A stretch of DNA of 64,000 nucleotides from an uncultured delta proteobacterium (lineage in GTDB: Bacteria > Myxococcota_A > Polyangia > Fen-1088). Shown piece after piece: positions 1-10,177 of the stretch (within the stretch, counting starts at the first letter, position 1; every line of letters begins with the position of its first letter). Under the pieces are notes generated by a model. It made no database searches, had not been told where the DNA came from, and worked only from the letters and a program-made list of their open reading frames with translations. The stretch covers positions 1,216,001 through 1,280,000 of the forward strand of contig CAWCMR010000025.1 in assembly GCA_963796685.1 (NCBI GenBank), written 5' to 3'. The translations under genes and the position numbers were made by a program.

Positions 1-120
1 TCGTCCAAGGAACGCAGTCGCGCGCGGCTGCGAAGAGTATTTTCCGTGATTTTTGTAGCTGGCGTGTTCGCCGCCTATGTTGTTGCATTCCTGCTCAATC
101 AGACCAAGGTTCGCCCATGA
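1..120 (+). CDS. 3' end of upstream membrane protein, probably a polysaccharide chain-length determinant (partial)
   Basis: Frame 1 reads SSKERSRARLRRVFSVIFVAGVFAAYVVAFLLNQTKVRP*, a C-terminal TM helix. Its TGA overlaps the ATG of the CpsD-like gene (ATGA). Product inferred from position. Confidence 0.5.
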   Translation, partial: SSKERSRARLRRVFSVIFVAGVFAAYVVAFLLNQTKVRP

Positions 121-902
121 GCGGATCGACGGGGGAAAATCGAGGCCGCATGCCTCCGGGTCATCCCGCGGGAGATCCAGTCGAGACACCCGTTGGTGGT
201 AACGAAATCCGACCCACCGTCGAGATTTCGGCTATTCCCCGTGGCAGCATCCTCCTGCCCTCTGACATTAGCTCGGCCAGCTTGGATTTGTTGGGTATGG
301 TCGTTGACGATCAACTCGACGCATTCCGCGAGCTGCGCACTCGGCTTTTGGCCATGGGGACTGGCATTGGACTGCCACGATTCTCCGTGCTGGTGGTCCC
401 TGTCTCGAGCAGCTCGGGCGCCAGCTTCATTGCCCGCAACCTAGCAGTGGCGTTCACCCTGCAGGAGCAGCGGAGTGCGGTCCTCGTCGACTGCAACCTG
501 CGAAATCCTACCCAGCATGTCGCGTTCGACCTCCAGGGTGATAGGGACGGACTGTTCGACCACATCGAGAATCCGCACCGCCCCGAGCTGCTGCTCTGTC
601 GCACCAGACTCGACGGACTGTATCTGATTCCTGCTGGTCACCCGTCGTCTTCGGCCCGTGAGTATTTCTCGTCGTCCGCGATGCGCTCTCTGATGGCCTG
701 GTTGCGCAGGACCCCCTACTTCCTGGTCCTGGACGGTCCTCCGGCAAAGGGCTCGCCCGACGCGCGCATCCTGTCCGAACTGGCCGATTTCGTGGTCCTG
801 GTCGCGGGATACGGTCGCGATACCGTGGGCGGGATCAAACAGGCTGCGGCCCTGTTCGACCCGGCCAAGTTCGCCGGGGTTGTGTTCAACGATCAGGATT
901 GA
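117..902 (+). CDS. CpsD/CapB-family BY-kinase-like P-loop protein with degenerate Walker motifs
   Basis: AFRELRTRL, SSSGASFIARNLA (Walker A, Lys absent), VLVDCNLRNP (Walker A'), LVLDGPP (Walker B), GVVFN terminus. Confidence 0.85.
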   Translation: MSGSTGENRGRMPPGHPAGDPVETPVGGNEIRPTVEISAIPRGSILLPSDISSASLDLLGMVVDDQLDAFRELRTRLLAMGTGIGLPRFSVLVVPVSSSSGASFIARNLAVAFTLQEQRSAVLVDCNLRNPTQHVAFDLQGDRDGLFDHIENPHRPELLLCRTRLDGLYLIPAGHPSSSAREYFSSSAMRSLMAWLRRTPYFLVLDGPPAKGSPDARILSELADFVVLVAGYGRDTVGGIKQAAALFDPAKFAGVVFNDQD

Positions 903-940
903 GTCAGCGACCTCGACCGCACGACCCGCGCTCGACCAAA

Positions 941-1717
941 ATGAATCCGATCTCCACCAACACGACCATCGCGCTCATGTACCACGCCGTCGGTGTGGAG
1001 GGTGGGCCGGGTGTCGATCCACACTATGCCGTGGCCCTGTCCCTTTTCACCGCGCACCTGCAAGCGTGTGTGCATCAGGGCGGGGCAGTGGTGTGTGCCC
1101 AAGACTGGTTGGACGGTCGTGGTGGCGTGATCGTCACCTTTGACGACGGACACGAAAGCAACCACCGCGTGGCGTGGCCGGCGCTGGCCGCGATCGGAGC
1201 GCAGGCCGATTTCTTTGTCAACCCAGCCCAGGTGGGAACCGCAGGTTTTGCGACCTGGGCCGCGCTGCGCGAGATGGCGGATGGGGGTATGTCCATCCAG
1301 TCGCACGGCCTCGACCACAGGCACTATCTCACCGAGCTGTCCGTAGGCCGCCTGCGCGAGGAGTTGCGGCAGGCGCGGCTTGAGATTGAGCACCACACTG
1401 GGCATTCCGTGACGTTGCTGGCGCCGCCCGGGGGGCGCTGCCCAGTCGACCTTGCGCGGATCGCGCGTGAGGTCGGTTACACCCACGTTCTAGACTCTCG
1501 ACCGGCGTCCATCCGTCGCGATGGCAGGTACACGCTTGGCCGTTTCGCAGTGACGGCCCGACTCGATGTTCCGACGCTCGAAGCGTGGCTGCGCGGCGGC
1601 TCCGCGCGCCTCAGGATGCAGGCGCGCTATATGGCGCTCGGTGCAGCCAAACGCATCTTGGGAGACAGAGCCTACGAACGGGTCCGGCAGGGACTTCTGG
1701 GAAAAGCAATCCCATGA
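941..1717 (+). CDS. Polysaccharide deacetylase (CE4/NodB)
   Basis: LMYH, VTFDDG, IQSHGLDH and APPGG motifs. Confidence 0.9.
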   Translation: MNPISTNTTIALMYHAVGVEGGPGVDPHYAVALSLFTAHLQACVHQGGAVVCAQDWLDGRGGVIVTFDDGHESNHRVAWPALAAIGAQADFFVNPAQVGTAGFATWAALREMADGGMSIQSHGLDHRHYLTELSVGRLREELRQARLEIEHHTGHSVTLLAPPGGRCPVDLARIAREVGYTHVLDSRPASIRRDGRYTLGRFAVTARLDVPTLEAWLRGGSARLRMQARYMALGAAKRILGDRAYERVRQGLLGKAIP

Positions 1718-1796
1718 ACCAGCCCCGCTCGTTGTCCGTGTTTTCGCTGTTCTCTTGCTGAAAGAGAACATTCATCGTCCGCGAAATCGACTCCGC

Positions 1797-2933
1797 TCAG
1801 TTCGGATTCCGGTTCCACGCTAGGTACACTTGCTCGTCGCCTTCCACCCAGGAGCGCCGCGAAAACAAGCATTCCACTCGCTCACGCGCTGCCCGTCCCA
1901 TTGCCAGATGTTGTCCGTCGACCAGGATTTGGCGCATCTGATCTCGCAGCTGGGAGACGTTCCTGACCTCGAACAGGTACCCCGTCACGCCCTCGTCGAC
2001 GACCTCGGGACATCCACCAATCCGGGGCGCGATGACGGGCTTGCCCGCCGCCATTGCTTCGCGCGCCGCCAGCGGGAAAGACTCCCGCGTGGAAGCCAGC
2101 ACGAACACATCAAGAAGTGCGAGGTGCTCGGGCATGTTTCGTTGCATGCCTGTGAAGATAACCACTCCGGCCAAGCCCAGCGCTTGCGCTTGTGCGCGCA
2201 CCGGTTCGAGTAGTGGTCCGTCACCAATCACCATCAGCCGCGTTTCGGGTGCATCGCGATGAACCTCCGCGAAGGCGCGCAAGAGTAGATCGTGCCCTTT
2301 CTCTTCCGATAGGCGAGCCACGATGCCGAAGACACGGTGATGTTGCGGATCCAAACCATAGTGCGCGGCCAGCGCTGGATCCAGGGGCCGCGGAACAAAT
2401 CTCCCGGTGTCGATTCCGCTATGGATCACCGTTGACTTCGCGCGACTGAGTCCACCCGCAAGCACCCGATCGCGTTCGTAGTTGGACTCGAAGATCACGT
2501 GGTCGGAGCACCGCTCGAGGATGTGCCCGGCATAGCGAAAGTGGCTCGGGTTGTGGATATTGTGGATGGTCGTGACGATGGGCAAGCGCCTTCCCGTGGA
2601 CGCAACCCGGTAGTCGAATGGCATCAAGCGCGTCGCCGCATAGGTTGCAATCGTCGAGCGCAGGGATTGCGGCGCCAGCATCTCGATGCCGTGCTGCCGA
2701 ATTTCACGGCGAATTCTCTGCGCGACTCGCCAGAGCTCGCCGAGGCCAGTAAAACGAGAGTCGAGCTCCAAGTAATGCGCCCCCTTGCGTTGGAGCTCTT
2801 CCAGCAGCACACCTGGAGTCGTTCCCACGAAGACGTCGTGTCCGTTCCGTCGCAGGTCTTCGGTCAGCGTCAGGATGTCGGATTGGACACCCCCGATACC
2901 GAATGGCTCGGTCATGAGATACAGGATTCTCAT
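1797..2933 (-). CDS. Glycosyltransferase family 4
   Basis: MRILYL..GGVQ N-terminus, VARLSEEKGH, ESFPLAAREAMAAGKP (EX7E). ATG at 2933 overlaps the upstream stop. Confidence 0.92.
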   Translation of the reverse strand: MRILYLMTEPFGIGGVQSDILTLTEDLRRNGHDVFVGTTPGVLLEELQRKGAHYLELDSRFTGLGELWRVAQRIRREIRQHGIEMLAPQSLRSTIATYAATRLMPFDYRVASTGRRLPIVTTIHNIHNPSHFRYAGHILERCSDHVIFESNYERDRVLAGGLSRAKSTVIHSGIDTGRFVPRPLDPALAAHYGLDPQHHRVFGIVARLSEEKGHDLLLRAFAEVHRDAPETRLMVIGDGPLLEPVRAQAQALGLAGVVIFTGMQRNMPEHLALLDVFVLASTRESFPLAAREAMAAGKPVIAPRIGGCPEVVDEGVTGYLFEVRNVSQLRDQMRQILVDGQHLAMGRAARERVECLFSRRSWVEGDEQVYLAWNRNPN

Positions 2934-3805
2934 GCTGCGCTCCCGGTCCCAACGGCGGCCATCGCTTCCGCACGCGCGCGCTTGAAAGCCCGCTCGCGAC
3001 GCCGGTGTAGTAGTCCGTGCACGAGATCGAAAGCTCCGAGAAGTTTCAAGCGCAGCTCCTCCGGACCGTCGCGATCTGTGATTTCCGTACGTCGCAGTGC
3101 ATAGCGCTCGCTGATGTCTCGGTTTACCCCGGGACAAACGCTGACCGCACCTCTATACCCAGCGGTGGCGACCAGGGCACGCTCGCGCCCCGTGAAATCG
3201 CCGGATGGGTAGCAAAAGAACTCGACCTCGGTGCCGAGCCGCTGGGCGATCTCCTGTCGGCTGCCGGCAATCTCGCGCACAACCTCGGCTTCATCCACGC
3301 GGGTGAGGAACGGATGCGTCAGAGTATGTGACCCAAAAGTTATTCCAGGTTCAGCAGCCATGGCCACGGCTTCGCTCCAGTCCAAATGCAGCTGCCCAGG
3401 TTCATCCGGATACCGCGGATGGCGAAGTGTCCCATCCGCAAAACGGGCGGTCAAGAATATCGTCGCTGGCAGGCCATGTCGCCTCAGTACCGGGAGCGCA
3501 TGGACCAGATTGTCGCGATAGCCATCATCGAAGGTCAGCACGGCGGCCGGGGTTCTCGGCCCACCCGCGCCAAGTTCCGCTAGCGCCTGAGCCAGGCTGA
3601 TGACGCGGCACCGAGACACCAGCGTGGCCATCTGTTCCTCGAAATGCTCGGGCGTCACCGTGAGCTGGTCGTAGGCCGGCAAGCGCGTCACCCGGTGGTA
3701 CATCAGAATGCGGATGGCTGGGCGCAAGCGGTAGCTGGGGAACACCAGCGGCAAGCAAGCATATGGAACCGTCCTGCGAAGTGGTGCGAGCCAACGGGGA
3801 ATCAT
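2930..3805 (-). CDS. Polysaccharide deacetylase (CE4/NodB)
   Basis: ILMYHRV, LTFDDGY, FGSHTLTHP and FCYPSG motifs. Confidence 0.92.
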   Translation of the reverse strand: MIPRWLAPLRRTVPYACLPLVFPSYRLRPAIRILMYHRVTRLPAYDQLTVTPEHFEEQMATLVSRCRVISLAQALAELGAGGPRTPAAVLTFDDGYRDNLVHALPVLRRHGLPATIFLTARFADGTLRHPRYPDEPGQLHLDWSEAVAMAAEPGITFGSHTLTHPFLTRVDEAEVVREIAGSRQEIAQRLGTEVEFFCYPSGDFTGRERALVATAGYRGAVSVCPGVNRDISERYALRRTEITDRDGPEELRLKLLGAFDLVHGLLHRRRERAFKRARAEAMAAVGTGSAA

Positions 3806-4944
3806 CGTATGCTCGAGGAGTGCGATTCCGGAGGCAAGCCAAGAGCAGCAGCGTAAAGTCCTTCGTATGCCCTGGCCGTTCGTGAGACGTCGTAGCGTTC
3901 ACGCAGCGTTTCGAGGGCGCGTCGTCCCAGTCTTTCGCGCAGCTCTGGGTCTGTCAGCACCCTACGCAGAGCCCGGGCCAGTGCTGCCGGGTCTGCCGGG
4001 GGAACCAAGAGGCCGTTATCCTCGTCCTGGAGGACTTCAGGGATGCCACTAACCCGGGTCGCAACGATGGGACGTGACATCGCCATGGCTTCAAGCAACG
4101 CGATGGGGAGGCCTTCCCATCGCGAGGGCATTGCCAGAATATCGAGGCCTGCCAAGAGTCTAGGCACGTCCGACCGCTGCCCAGTAAATACGACGTAGTC
4201 GGCGAGCCCAAGCCGTTTGGACTCCTCTTCAAGCTCACTTCGCGAGTTGCCCGATCCGATGACCAAGCAGGTTGGCCTTAGGCCCCCGTCACGCAACTGT
4301 GCAATGGCGGCAAAGAGGTCGCTATGCCCTTTGGCTGGGTGCAAACGGCCGATGACACCAATCAGGAGCGAGTCGTCGGGGACGGCAAATTCGGCGCGAA
4401 CCCCATCGCCGCGGGCACCCGCTAGCCGGTCGATGTTGATCCCATTGGGGATGACGACCAGGCGGCTCGACCGCAAGTGGTCCTGTTCGCGCATTACTCT
4501 CCCCACTTCTTCCGAGCAAGCGATCACCCGCGTGGAAACCCAGGAGAGCGCCCAGTGAACCGCTCGTCGAACGGCACCCTCGCAGACCACCGTGTTGTGC
4601 GCGGTCGAGAACACCGCCCGAACACCTGCCAAGCGCGCGGCCACGCGCCCAAAGCTGTCCGCAGTGAACAGATGGGTGTGCACGACGTCGACGTGCTCTT
4701 GCCGGAACCACCTTGCGATCCTCGTGACGAATCCGAGATCGACCTTGCCACGTCGGCCAAGCACTGTAACCGGAACTCCCATTTCTCGGATTTCTTGCTC
4801 CAGGGCTCCGCCCCGCATCAGGCAGAGCACACTGAATCGAAACCGATTCGATCGGTGCCGCAACATGTCTGCCAGCAGGCGTTCCGCACCGTCCGGCGGC
4901 AGTTCGTCAATCACGTGCACCACATGGGGTGTCAGGACATCCAT
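3802..4944 (-). CDS. Glycosyltransferase family 4
   Basis: HVI..DGAE, IGRLHPAKGH, EGLPIALLEAMA. Start chosen at the ATG overlapping the upstream stop. Confidence 0.92.
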   Translation of the reverse strand: MDVLTPHVVHVIDELPPDGAERLLADMLRHRSNRFRFSVLCLMRGGALEQEIREMGVPVTVLGRRGKVDLGFVTRIARWFRQEHVDVVHTHLFTADSFGRVAARLAGVRAVFSTAHNTVVCEGAVRRAVHWALSWVSTRVIACSEEVGRVMREQDHLRSSRLVVIPNGINIDRLAGARGDGVRAEFAVPDDSLLIGVIGRLHPAKGHSDLFAAIAQLRDGGLRPTCLVIGSGNSRSELEEESKRLGLADYVVFTGQRSDVPRLLAGLDILAMPSRWEGLPIALLEAMAMSRPIVATRVSGIPEVLQDEDNGLLVPPADPAALARALRRVLTDPELRERLGRRALETLRERYDVSRTARAYEGLYAAALGLPPESHSSSIR

Positions 4945-6416
4945 CAAATACTCTCTCTTGGTTGCTGTGCGTCGATTTCCATCGAGAGTCGGGCGACCAC
5001 CGCCAGCGTAACCCAGAAGTAGACTGTCACGCATATGTCGACCATCCGCGACCCAAACATGGTGACCAGGAAGGTCCCGGCCGCCAGAGCGGCTGCACTC
5101 ATGCCGATGGTACGCGTGAACCGCCCGCGGCTTCCTCGGTAGACGTATACGCCCAACCGGTACATGCGCCACAGGATAAACCCATACAACAACACTGCAG
5201 GAATACCCATCTGCGAGCTCAGATACAAGTACATATTATGGTTGTCGGATTCGTCCACCTGTGTTTCCGTGTACTGCCCCTTGAGCTTGGGGAAGGACTT
5301 GAATCCCCATCCGAACACCGGGCTCTCGGATGTCATCTTCAGAGCCGCATTCCAGAGGATGAGCCGCGACTCCGAGCTCTTGTCCAGCTTCTCCTCACCG
5401 GACGACTGGGTCGCGGTCTGGGCCATGCGTTCGCGCAGCGAAAGTGGAACGATTTCTGGCACCGCCATCACGAGTGTCATGCCGAGTACGGCGACCCCTA
5501 CGAGGGACAGCTTTCCGCGTACGTACACGGCTACGACGGCCGCAAGCCCCATGCCCAAATACGCCCCACGCGAAAATGTGGCCAGCAGAAGCCTGGCCGT
5601 TATTCCGAGATAGGGCACGGCCACAAACCAGGCGCGCCAGCTGCGAAGGTTGCTCAACAGTAGTGCGAGAAAGGGCGCCGATGCATAGGCGAGAAATGCG
5701 CCGAAGTCGTTCGGCTGCATCTGGGGTCCCAAGAGGCGGGCTTTCTCGATCGAACTGGCCCCGCGCTTTTCCAGCCATTCCTGGAAGCCCAGTAGCAACA
5801 CCACGATTGATCCCAGCATCATGTAGACCATCATGCGGCGCGCTATCTTTCCGTTGCGGATCAGGCCTACAAAGGTGAAGAACACGATGAATTGGTCGAG
5901 CCAGCCTTTGACGTCGAGCACACGGTCCAGCACAAAATCCAGCCCGAGAGTCACCATAGCCGTCGGCACCGAGATCAGCGTTACCACGGCGTAGGCACGT
6001 ACCACCGCGGTCGCCGGAGTCCGCAAGACCTGGCCATCCTCCGTGACTGGTGGCTCCCCTCTTCCATGGCGGAACCACGAGAAAAGTAGCAACAAAAGCA
6101 GAATATTGGTTCCGTTCATTCCGAAGCCAATCGGCAGGACGAACATCATGTTGAGCGGCAGATAGATGATCGCGATCGCCATCAGCCACTCTGGGTCTCT
6201 CAGGGTATGGAAAAACAAGACCACACCGATGACCCCGCCGATGCCGTGCAACGCCCATGCGGGTAGCTTCAGGCCGAATAGAATGATCATTATCGCCAGT
6301 GCCGCCGGCAGCGCCAAGAACCGCAGCGTCGACCTGAGCTCCGTTCCTGCCCAGTTCGGCCTTGCTTTTCCCTCTCCGGCCGGAGGCACCGGCGGTTCGG
6401 TCCATGATACACTCAT
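4944..6416 (-). CDS. O-antigen ligase / Wzy polymerase-family membrane protein
   Basis: Multi-TM protein with QPNDFG, TFSRGAYLG, SRLILW, FGWG and HNMYL (Wzy_C) motifs. Confidence 0.88.
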   Translation of the reverse strand: MSVSWTEPPVPPAGEGKARPNWAGTELRSTLRFLALPAALAIMIILFGLKLPAWALHGIGGVIGVVLFFHTLRDPEWLMAIAIIYLPLNMMFVLPIGFGMNGTNILLLLLLFSWFRHGRGEPPVTEDGQVLRTPATAVVRAYAVVTLISVPTAMVTLGLDFVLDRVLDVKGWLDQFIVFFTFVGLIRNGKIARRMMVYMMLGSIVVLLLGFQEWLEKRGASSIEKARLLGPQMQPNDFGAFLAYASAPFLALLLSNLRSWRAWFVAVPYLGITARLLLATFSRGAYLGMGLAAVVAVYVRGKLSLVGVAVLGMTLVMAVPEIVPLSLRERMAQTATQSSGEEKLDKSSESRLILWNAALKMTSESPVFGWGFKSFPKLKGQYTETQVDESDNHNMYLYLSSQMGIPAVLLYGFILWRMYRLGVYVYRGSRGRFTRTIGMSAAALAAGTFLVTMFGSRMVDICVTVYFWVTLAVVARLSMEIDAQQPRESI

Positions 6417-6536
6417 TGGGCGAACGATACCATGAGTGGCCGTCGAACAGCCTAGGCGGTTGTCGGTGCCGCGCTACGGTCAACCGCCATCAAGCGCCTG
6501 CTTTCGCCACTTCCTTGGGAGGCGGGTCAGGTCGGG

Positions 6537-7853
6537 CTACCGGAAACGGTCGGCGGCCGGAAATGACGTGCCGCCCGCACCGCAGGTCGTGCCAAGGAGG
6601 TCCACCAGGTAATCGCTAATCGTGCCGCCCCAATTGCTCGCGAAAAGAATCAACGCTCCGTCGCGGTTGCTGACTGCGTGCTGCTCAGCGAAGTAGCCTC
6701 CGGACTCCCGGTCGCTGTGGTGGTGCGCCACCCGCCGCACTTCGCCTGAGCGGTCCAACTTGAGCCAGAAAATCTCGAAGTCGTGGTTGGGGTAGCGGTC
6801 GTCCGGGCCCTGGGTGGAGATGAGCGCCCAGCCGGGCAGGTCGAGGTTGCGGCACGAGACGTGGGGCGTGGTTTTCCAGCCGATCCGCGTCCCGATCGAG
6901 ACCTTTCCCGTCTCCAGATCGGCGATGTTGATGTTTCGGTCAGCGTTCAACTGGTGGTCCGCGCCGTCATAGACCATGAGATCCCGCCCATCGGGTCCGA
7001 AGCAAAGATCAGCGTGACCGAAGCTGCCCTCGGGCAGCTCGCGAACAAGCTTGAGGTTGATGTCGTACACGCGTGAGCGGTCCTTCCCCATCATCACGAC
7101 ATGCTTGCCGCTGGGCGTGACGCTGATCCAGTCGTCGACATTGCGGAGCGGGACGCTCAGGCGCGCTGTGATCTTCTTCTGTTGCAGGTCGCAAACGAAG
7201 GCGTCCACGTCGACCTTTTCGTTGTCCGACTTGGTCCCAACCATCGCGTGGTATCGGCCCGTTGTGTTCAAGTTCCCCTCCATCCTGCCTCGGGCCCTCA
7301 GGTACTCAGAGAAGTCGCGCAGTAGCTTCTTGTCGTCGGTCGTGACGTCGTACCGGAACATGGAGCGCATCTCGTTGTTGACCAGATCTAGGTGATAGAA
7401 GATGTTCGGATCCGTGGGATGCTACGACACCTCGGCATCGCCGGACCCAATGCACAGGTTTCGAATCGGTTCCCAGGACTTCGTGTCGTAGAGGAGGTAA
7501 GCGCCGTCGCTCCCCCACAGAATCGCGCGGGTGTTGTCGGCGTTGAATGGATTGGATTTGGAGTAGTAGTGGCGGATTCGAGTCTCGTGCTGCCATTGGG
7601 ACGGGTCGGTCACGCGCATGATGCATGTGCCATACACAGGGTCCTTGAAGGGGCGGTGCAGGGCGGGTAGTGGCAACTCGGGCGGAGGGTACAGCTCGTG
7701 TCCGGTCATGAGGCTCGTGAGCGGTGATAGCGGGGCGGATGGGCGGGGTCCAGCGCCGGCCCCCACGCCGCTGCCTCTTCGCGCCTTCACGCCGGCAGAA
7801 CTAGTCAAGCAGACGAGCGCGAATGTCACGCCGAAGATGAGGCTCGCCTTCAT
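6537..7853 (-). pseudogene. Secreted beta-propeller-like (TolB/oligogalacturonate-lyase-like) protein interrupted by an in-frame TAG at 7422-7424
   Basis: ORFs 7422..7853 and 6537..7370 are in the same frame and read DAEVS*HPTDPNIFYH across the stop, where Trp is expected (S-W-H-P). N-terminal signal peptide; C-terminal SNRDGALILFASNWG. Confidence 0.7.
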
Positions 7854-8785
7854 CTAGTTGAGTCCGCCTGATCGAATTTCGCCCAGACCCTGAGATTCGT
7901 GCCCAGCCTCGCCAGCGAAGTCCCGGTGTCGAGCAAATCCAACCCGGCCAGCGTCATCTTCGGCGCGAATGCGAGCGCGTTTGGAAATCGTCGCACCACT
8001 AGGCCGCCGCCGATACCGTCCCGCACCCGGATCACCTTGCCGCCCCGTTTGGCTATGATACCGCCGATGGTCTCGCGCGAGAAGAAGTGCATGTGCCCCG
8101 CGTCAGCCTCGGGAGAGCCCGAGAACGCGCCAAGACGCAGCCGAAGGCGAACCTCCAGTGACCCGCAATTCGGGACGGTCAAGTAGAGGATACCGTCGGG
8201 CGCGAGGAGGCGGATCGCGTCGCCGATCACCGCCGATGGGTCAGGGATGTGTTCGAGGACATAGGACATTGTGATGATGTCGAACCGAGCCTCCCCGAAG
8301 TCGACCGCCGCCAACACACCTGCGTGGACGCGCAGGCCATAGCGCGAACGGGCGAATTCGACGCAGGCTTGAGTCGGCTCCACGCCCCACACGTCCCAAC
8401 CCCGATCGCGAGCCACGCAGAGGAAGTTGCCGCTGGCACACCCTACTTCCAACATCCGCCGCCCGGAGGTCATGCTCTCGAGGCGAGCCAATTCGAGCTC
8501 GAAAGCACTTTTCCGCTGTGCCGCTCCCTCGTCCATTGATGCGGCATTGTCCAACTGGCGGTAGTGCTCCGTTGCAACCCCAATTGTGCGTCGCGGATTC
8601 TGCGACATTAGCCCGCACTGTGTACACCTAGCGATCCGCATCGGCCGCCTACCATTGTGGTCCATCCCCACGTACACCGCCCGCCACTCGTCGCAACCGC
8701 ACAGGTCACACTTGAGTTCCTCCATAGGAGGAAGAACAGAAAACGATTCGCCTGTTGTAGCTTGAATATTATTCGGAGTTGTCAT
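7850..8785 (-). CDS. Class I SAM-dependent methyltransferase with N-terminal CxxC...CxxC ribbon
   Basis: CDLCG...CTQCG, LEVGCASG, FDIITMSYVLEH, LTVPN. AGGAGG RBS before ATG 8785. Confidence 0.88.
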   Translation of the reverse strand: MTTPNNIQATTGESFSVLPPMEELKCDLCGCDEWRAVYVGMDHNGRRPMRIARCTQCGLMSQNPRRTIGVATEHYRQLDNAASMDEGAAQRKSAFELELARLESMTSGRRMLEVGCASGNFLCVARDRGWDVWGVEPTQACVEFARSRYGLRVHAGVLAAVDFGEARFDIITMSYVLEHIPDPSAVIGDAIRLLAPDGILYLTVPNCGSLEVRLRLRLGAFSGSPEADAGHMHFFSRETIGGIIAKRGGKVIRVRDGIGGGLVVRRFPNALAFAPKMTLAGLDLLDTGTSLARLGTNLRVWAKFDQADSTR

Positions 8786-8813
8786 TAACGATATTCCTCC
8801 TGGTTTCCCGTGC

Positions 8814-10013
8814 TCACCGGCCCCTGGCCCCGGCATGTTGAAGCTTGCCGCGGTAGGCCTGCTCCAACTTGCGCACTACGGCACGAAGCCCAAACCGCTC
8901 CTCTGCCATCTCGCGAGAGCGTTGTCCCATCCGAGCGGCGAGGGACGGGTCGGCCGCTAGTCTTCGCAAAGCCGCTGCCAGCGCCTCGGGATCACTGGCC
9001 GGTACCAGCAGACCATTCTCCTCGTGCACCACGACGTCCTCATTTCCGCTGACCCGTGTAGCCACGATCGGCAGTCCCATGGCCATGGCTTCGAGGACCG
9101 CGTTCGGTAGGCCCTCCTGCAAGGACGGCTGGACGTAGATGTCCGTCTTGGCCAAGACAGCAGGCACGTCAGTGACCTCGCCCAAAAATTCTATGCTGTC
9201 GGCCAGCCCGGCTTCCCGGGCCTTCTTTGTCAGCGCCTCTCGCTCCCAGCCGTCGCCCGCAATCGTCAGCCGTGCGTTGGCGGCAGAGGCTACTCGGGAC
9301 CAGGCATCCACCAGAACCGAGACTCCTTTGACCGGTCGGATGCGGCCAACATAGGTGACGCGGGTTGGCGTTCCTGGTGTGCGGACCTCTAGGGCGCGCG
9401 GAGAGAATCGAGTGAGATCCACCGCATTCGGCACCATCAGGAGTTGCTCCTCGTTATAGCCTGCGTTCTTGACCATGGAGCGGGTGAATTCGCTGACACA
9501 CTGCATGTTGTCGACGCGCCTGATGCACCAGTTGTATAGGCGTTGCACCGGGCGCGCGCGCAGCTCGGGGTCGAGAAGTCCGCCACTGAACTCCCACGCG
9601 CCGGATATTTTCACGGTTACAGTGGCCGCGAGCAGCGGCCGAAGCAACCCGGACACGGCAGCCAGATTCTTCGCCATGGTCACGTGGATGGCATCGAACT
9701 CGCCACGTCGGGTCCACAGCCAGACGCCGTAGTGCACGCATAGCATGGCTGCTCCCAACATCTTGATGCGCGGGTAGGCAAGACGCTGCACCGGGATGCC
9801 ATCGACTTGATCCGTTCGAGGCAAGGTCCGGTCGAGCCACGGCGCCACGATGCGGACGGAGTGACCCGCTTCCGCAAAAGCTCGAGCGAGCGTCCGCACC
9901 TGTTTCTCGGCACCACCGGTCGCGGGATAGTAGCCGTCCACGACGAACAGGATTCGCAGCGGCGGCGCGGATTTCGGTTCCGCAGCATCGCTATCTAGAG
10001 ATTCTGAGGCCAT
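8814..10013 (-). CDS. Glycosyltransferase family 4
   Basis: YYPATGGAE, VGRIRPVKG, EGLPNAVLEAMA. Confidence 0.92.
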   Translation of the reverse strand: MASESLDSDAAEPKSAPPLRILFVVDGYYPATGGAEKQVRTLARAFAEAGHSVRIVAPWLDRTLPRTDQVDGIPVQRLAYPRIKMLGAAMLCVHYGVWLWTRRGEFDAIHVTMAKNLAAVSGLLRPLLAATVTVKISGAWEFSGGLLDPELRARPVQRLYNWCIRRVDNMQCVSEFTRSMVKNAGYNEEQLLMVPNAVDLTRFSPRALEVRTPGTPTRVTYVGRIRPVKGVSVLVDAWSRVASAANARLTIAGDGWEREALTKKAREAGLADSIEFLGEVTDVPAVLAKTDIYVQPSLQEGLPNAVLEAMAMGLPIVATRVSGNEDVVVHEENGLLVPASDPEALAAALRRLAADPSLAARMGQRSREMAEERFGLRAVVRKLEQAYRGKLQHAGARGR

Positions 10014-10177
10014 CGGTTCTCGGTGCCATTCGTTCTGCAGCTGGCATCCCTGCAGTCAAGGGCAGGGGGCGGTCGGGATGCTCAATTCACTCCCGAACCT
10101 AACAGGGAGTGAGCCTCGCCGCCACGGCAACTCGCCCGGGTGGCGTAATGAGCCCCGGCCTCAGCCCGATTGGCTCG

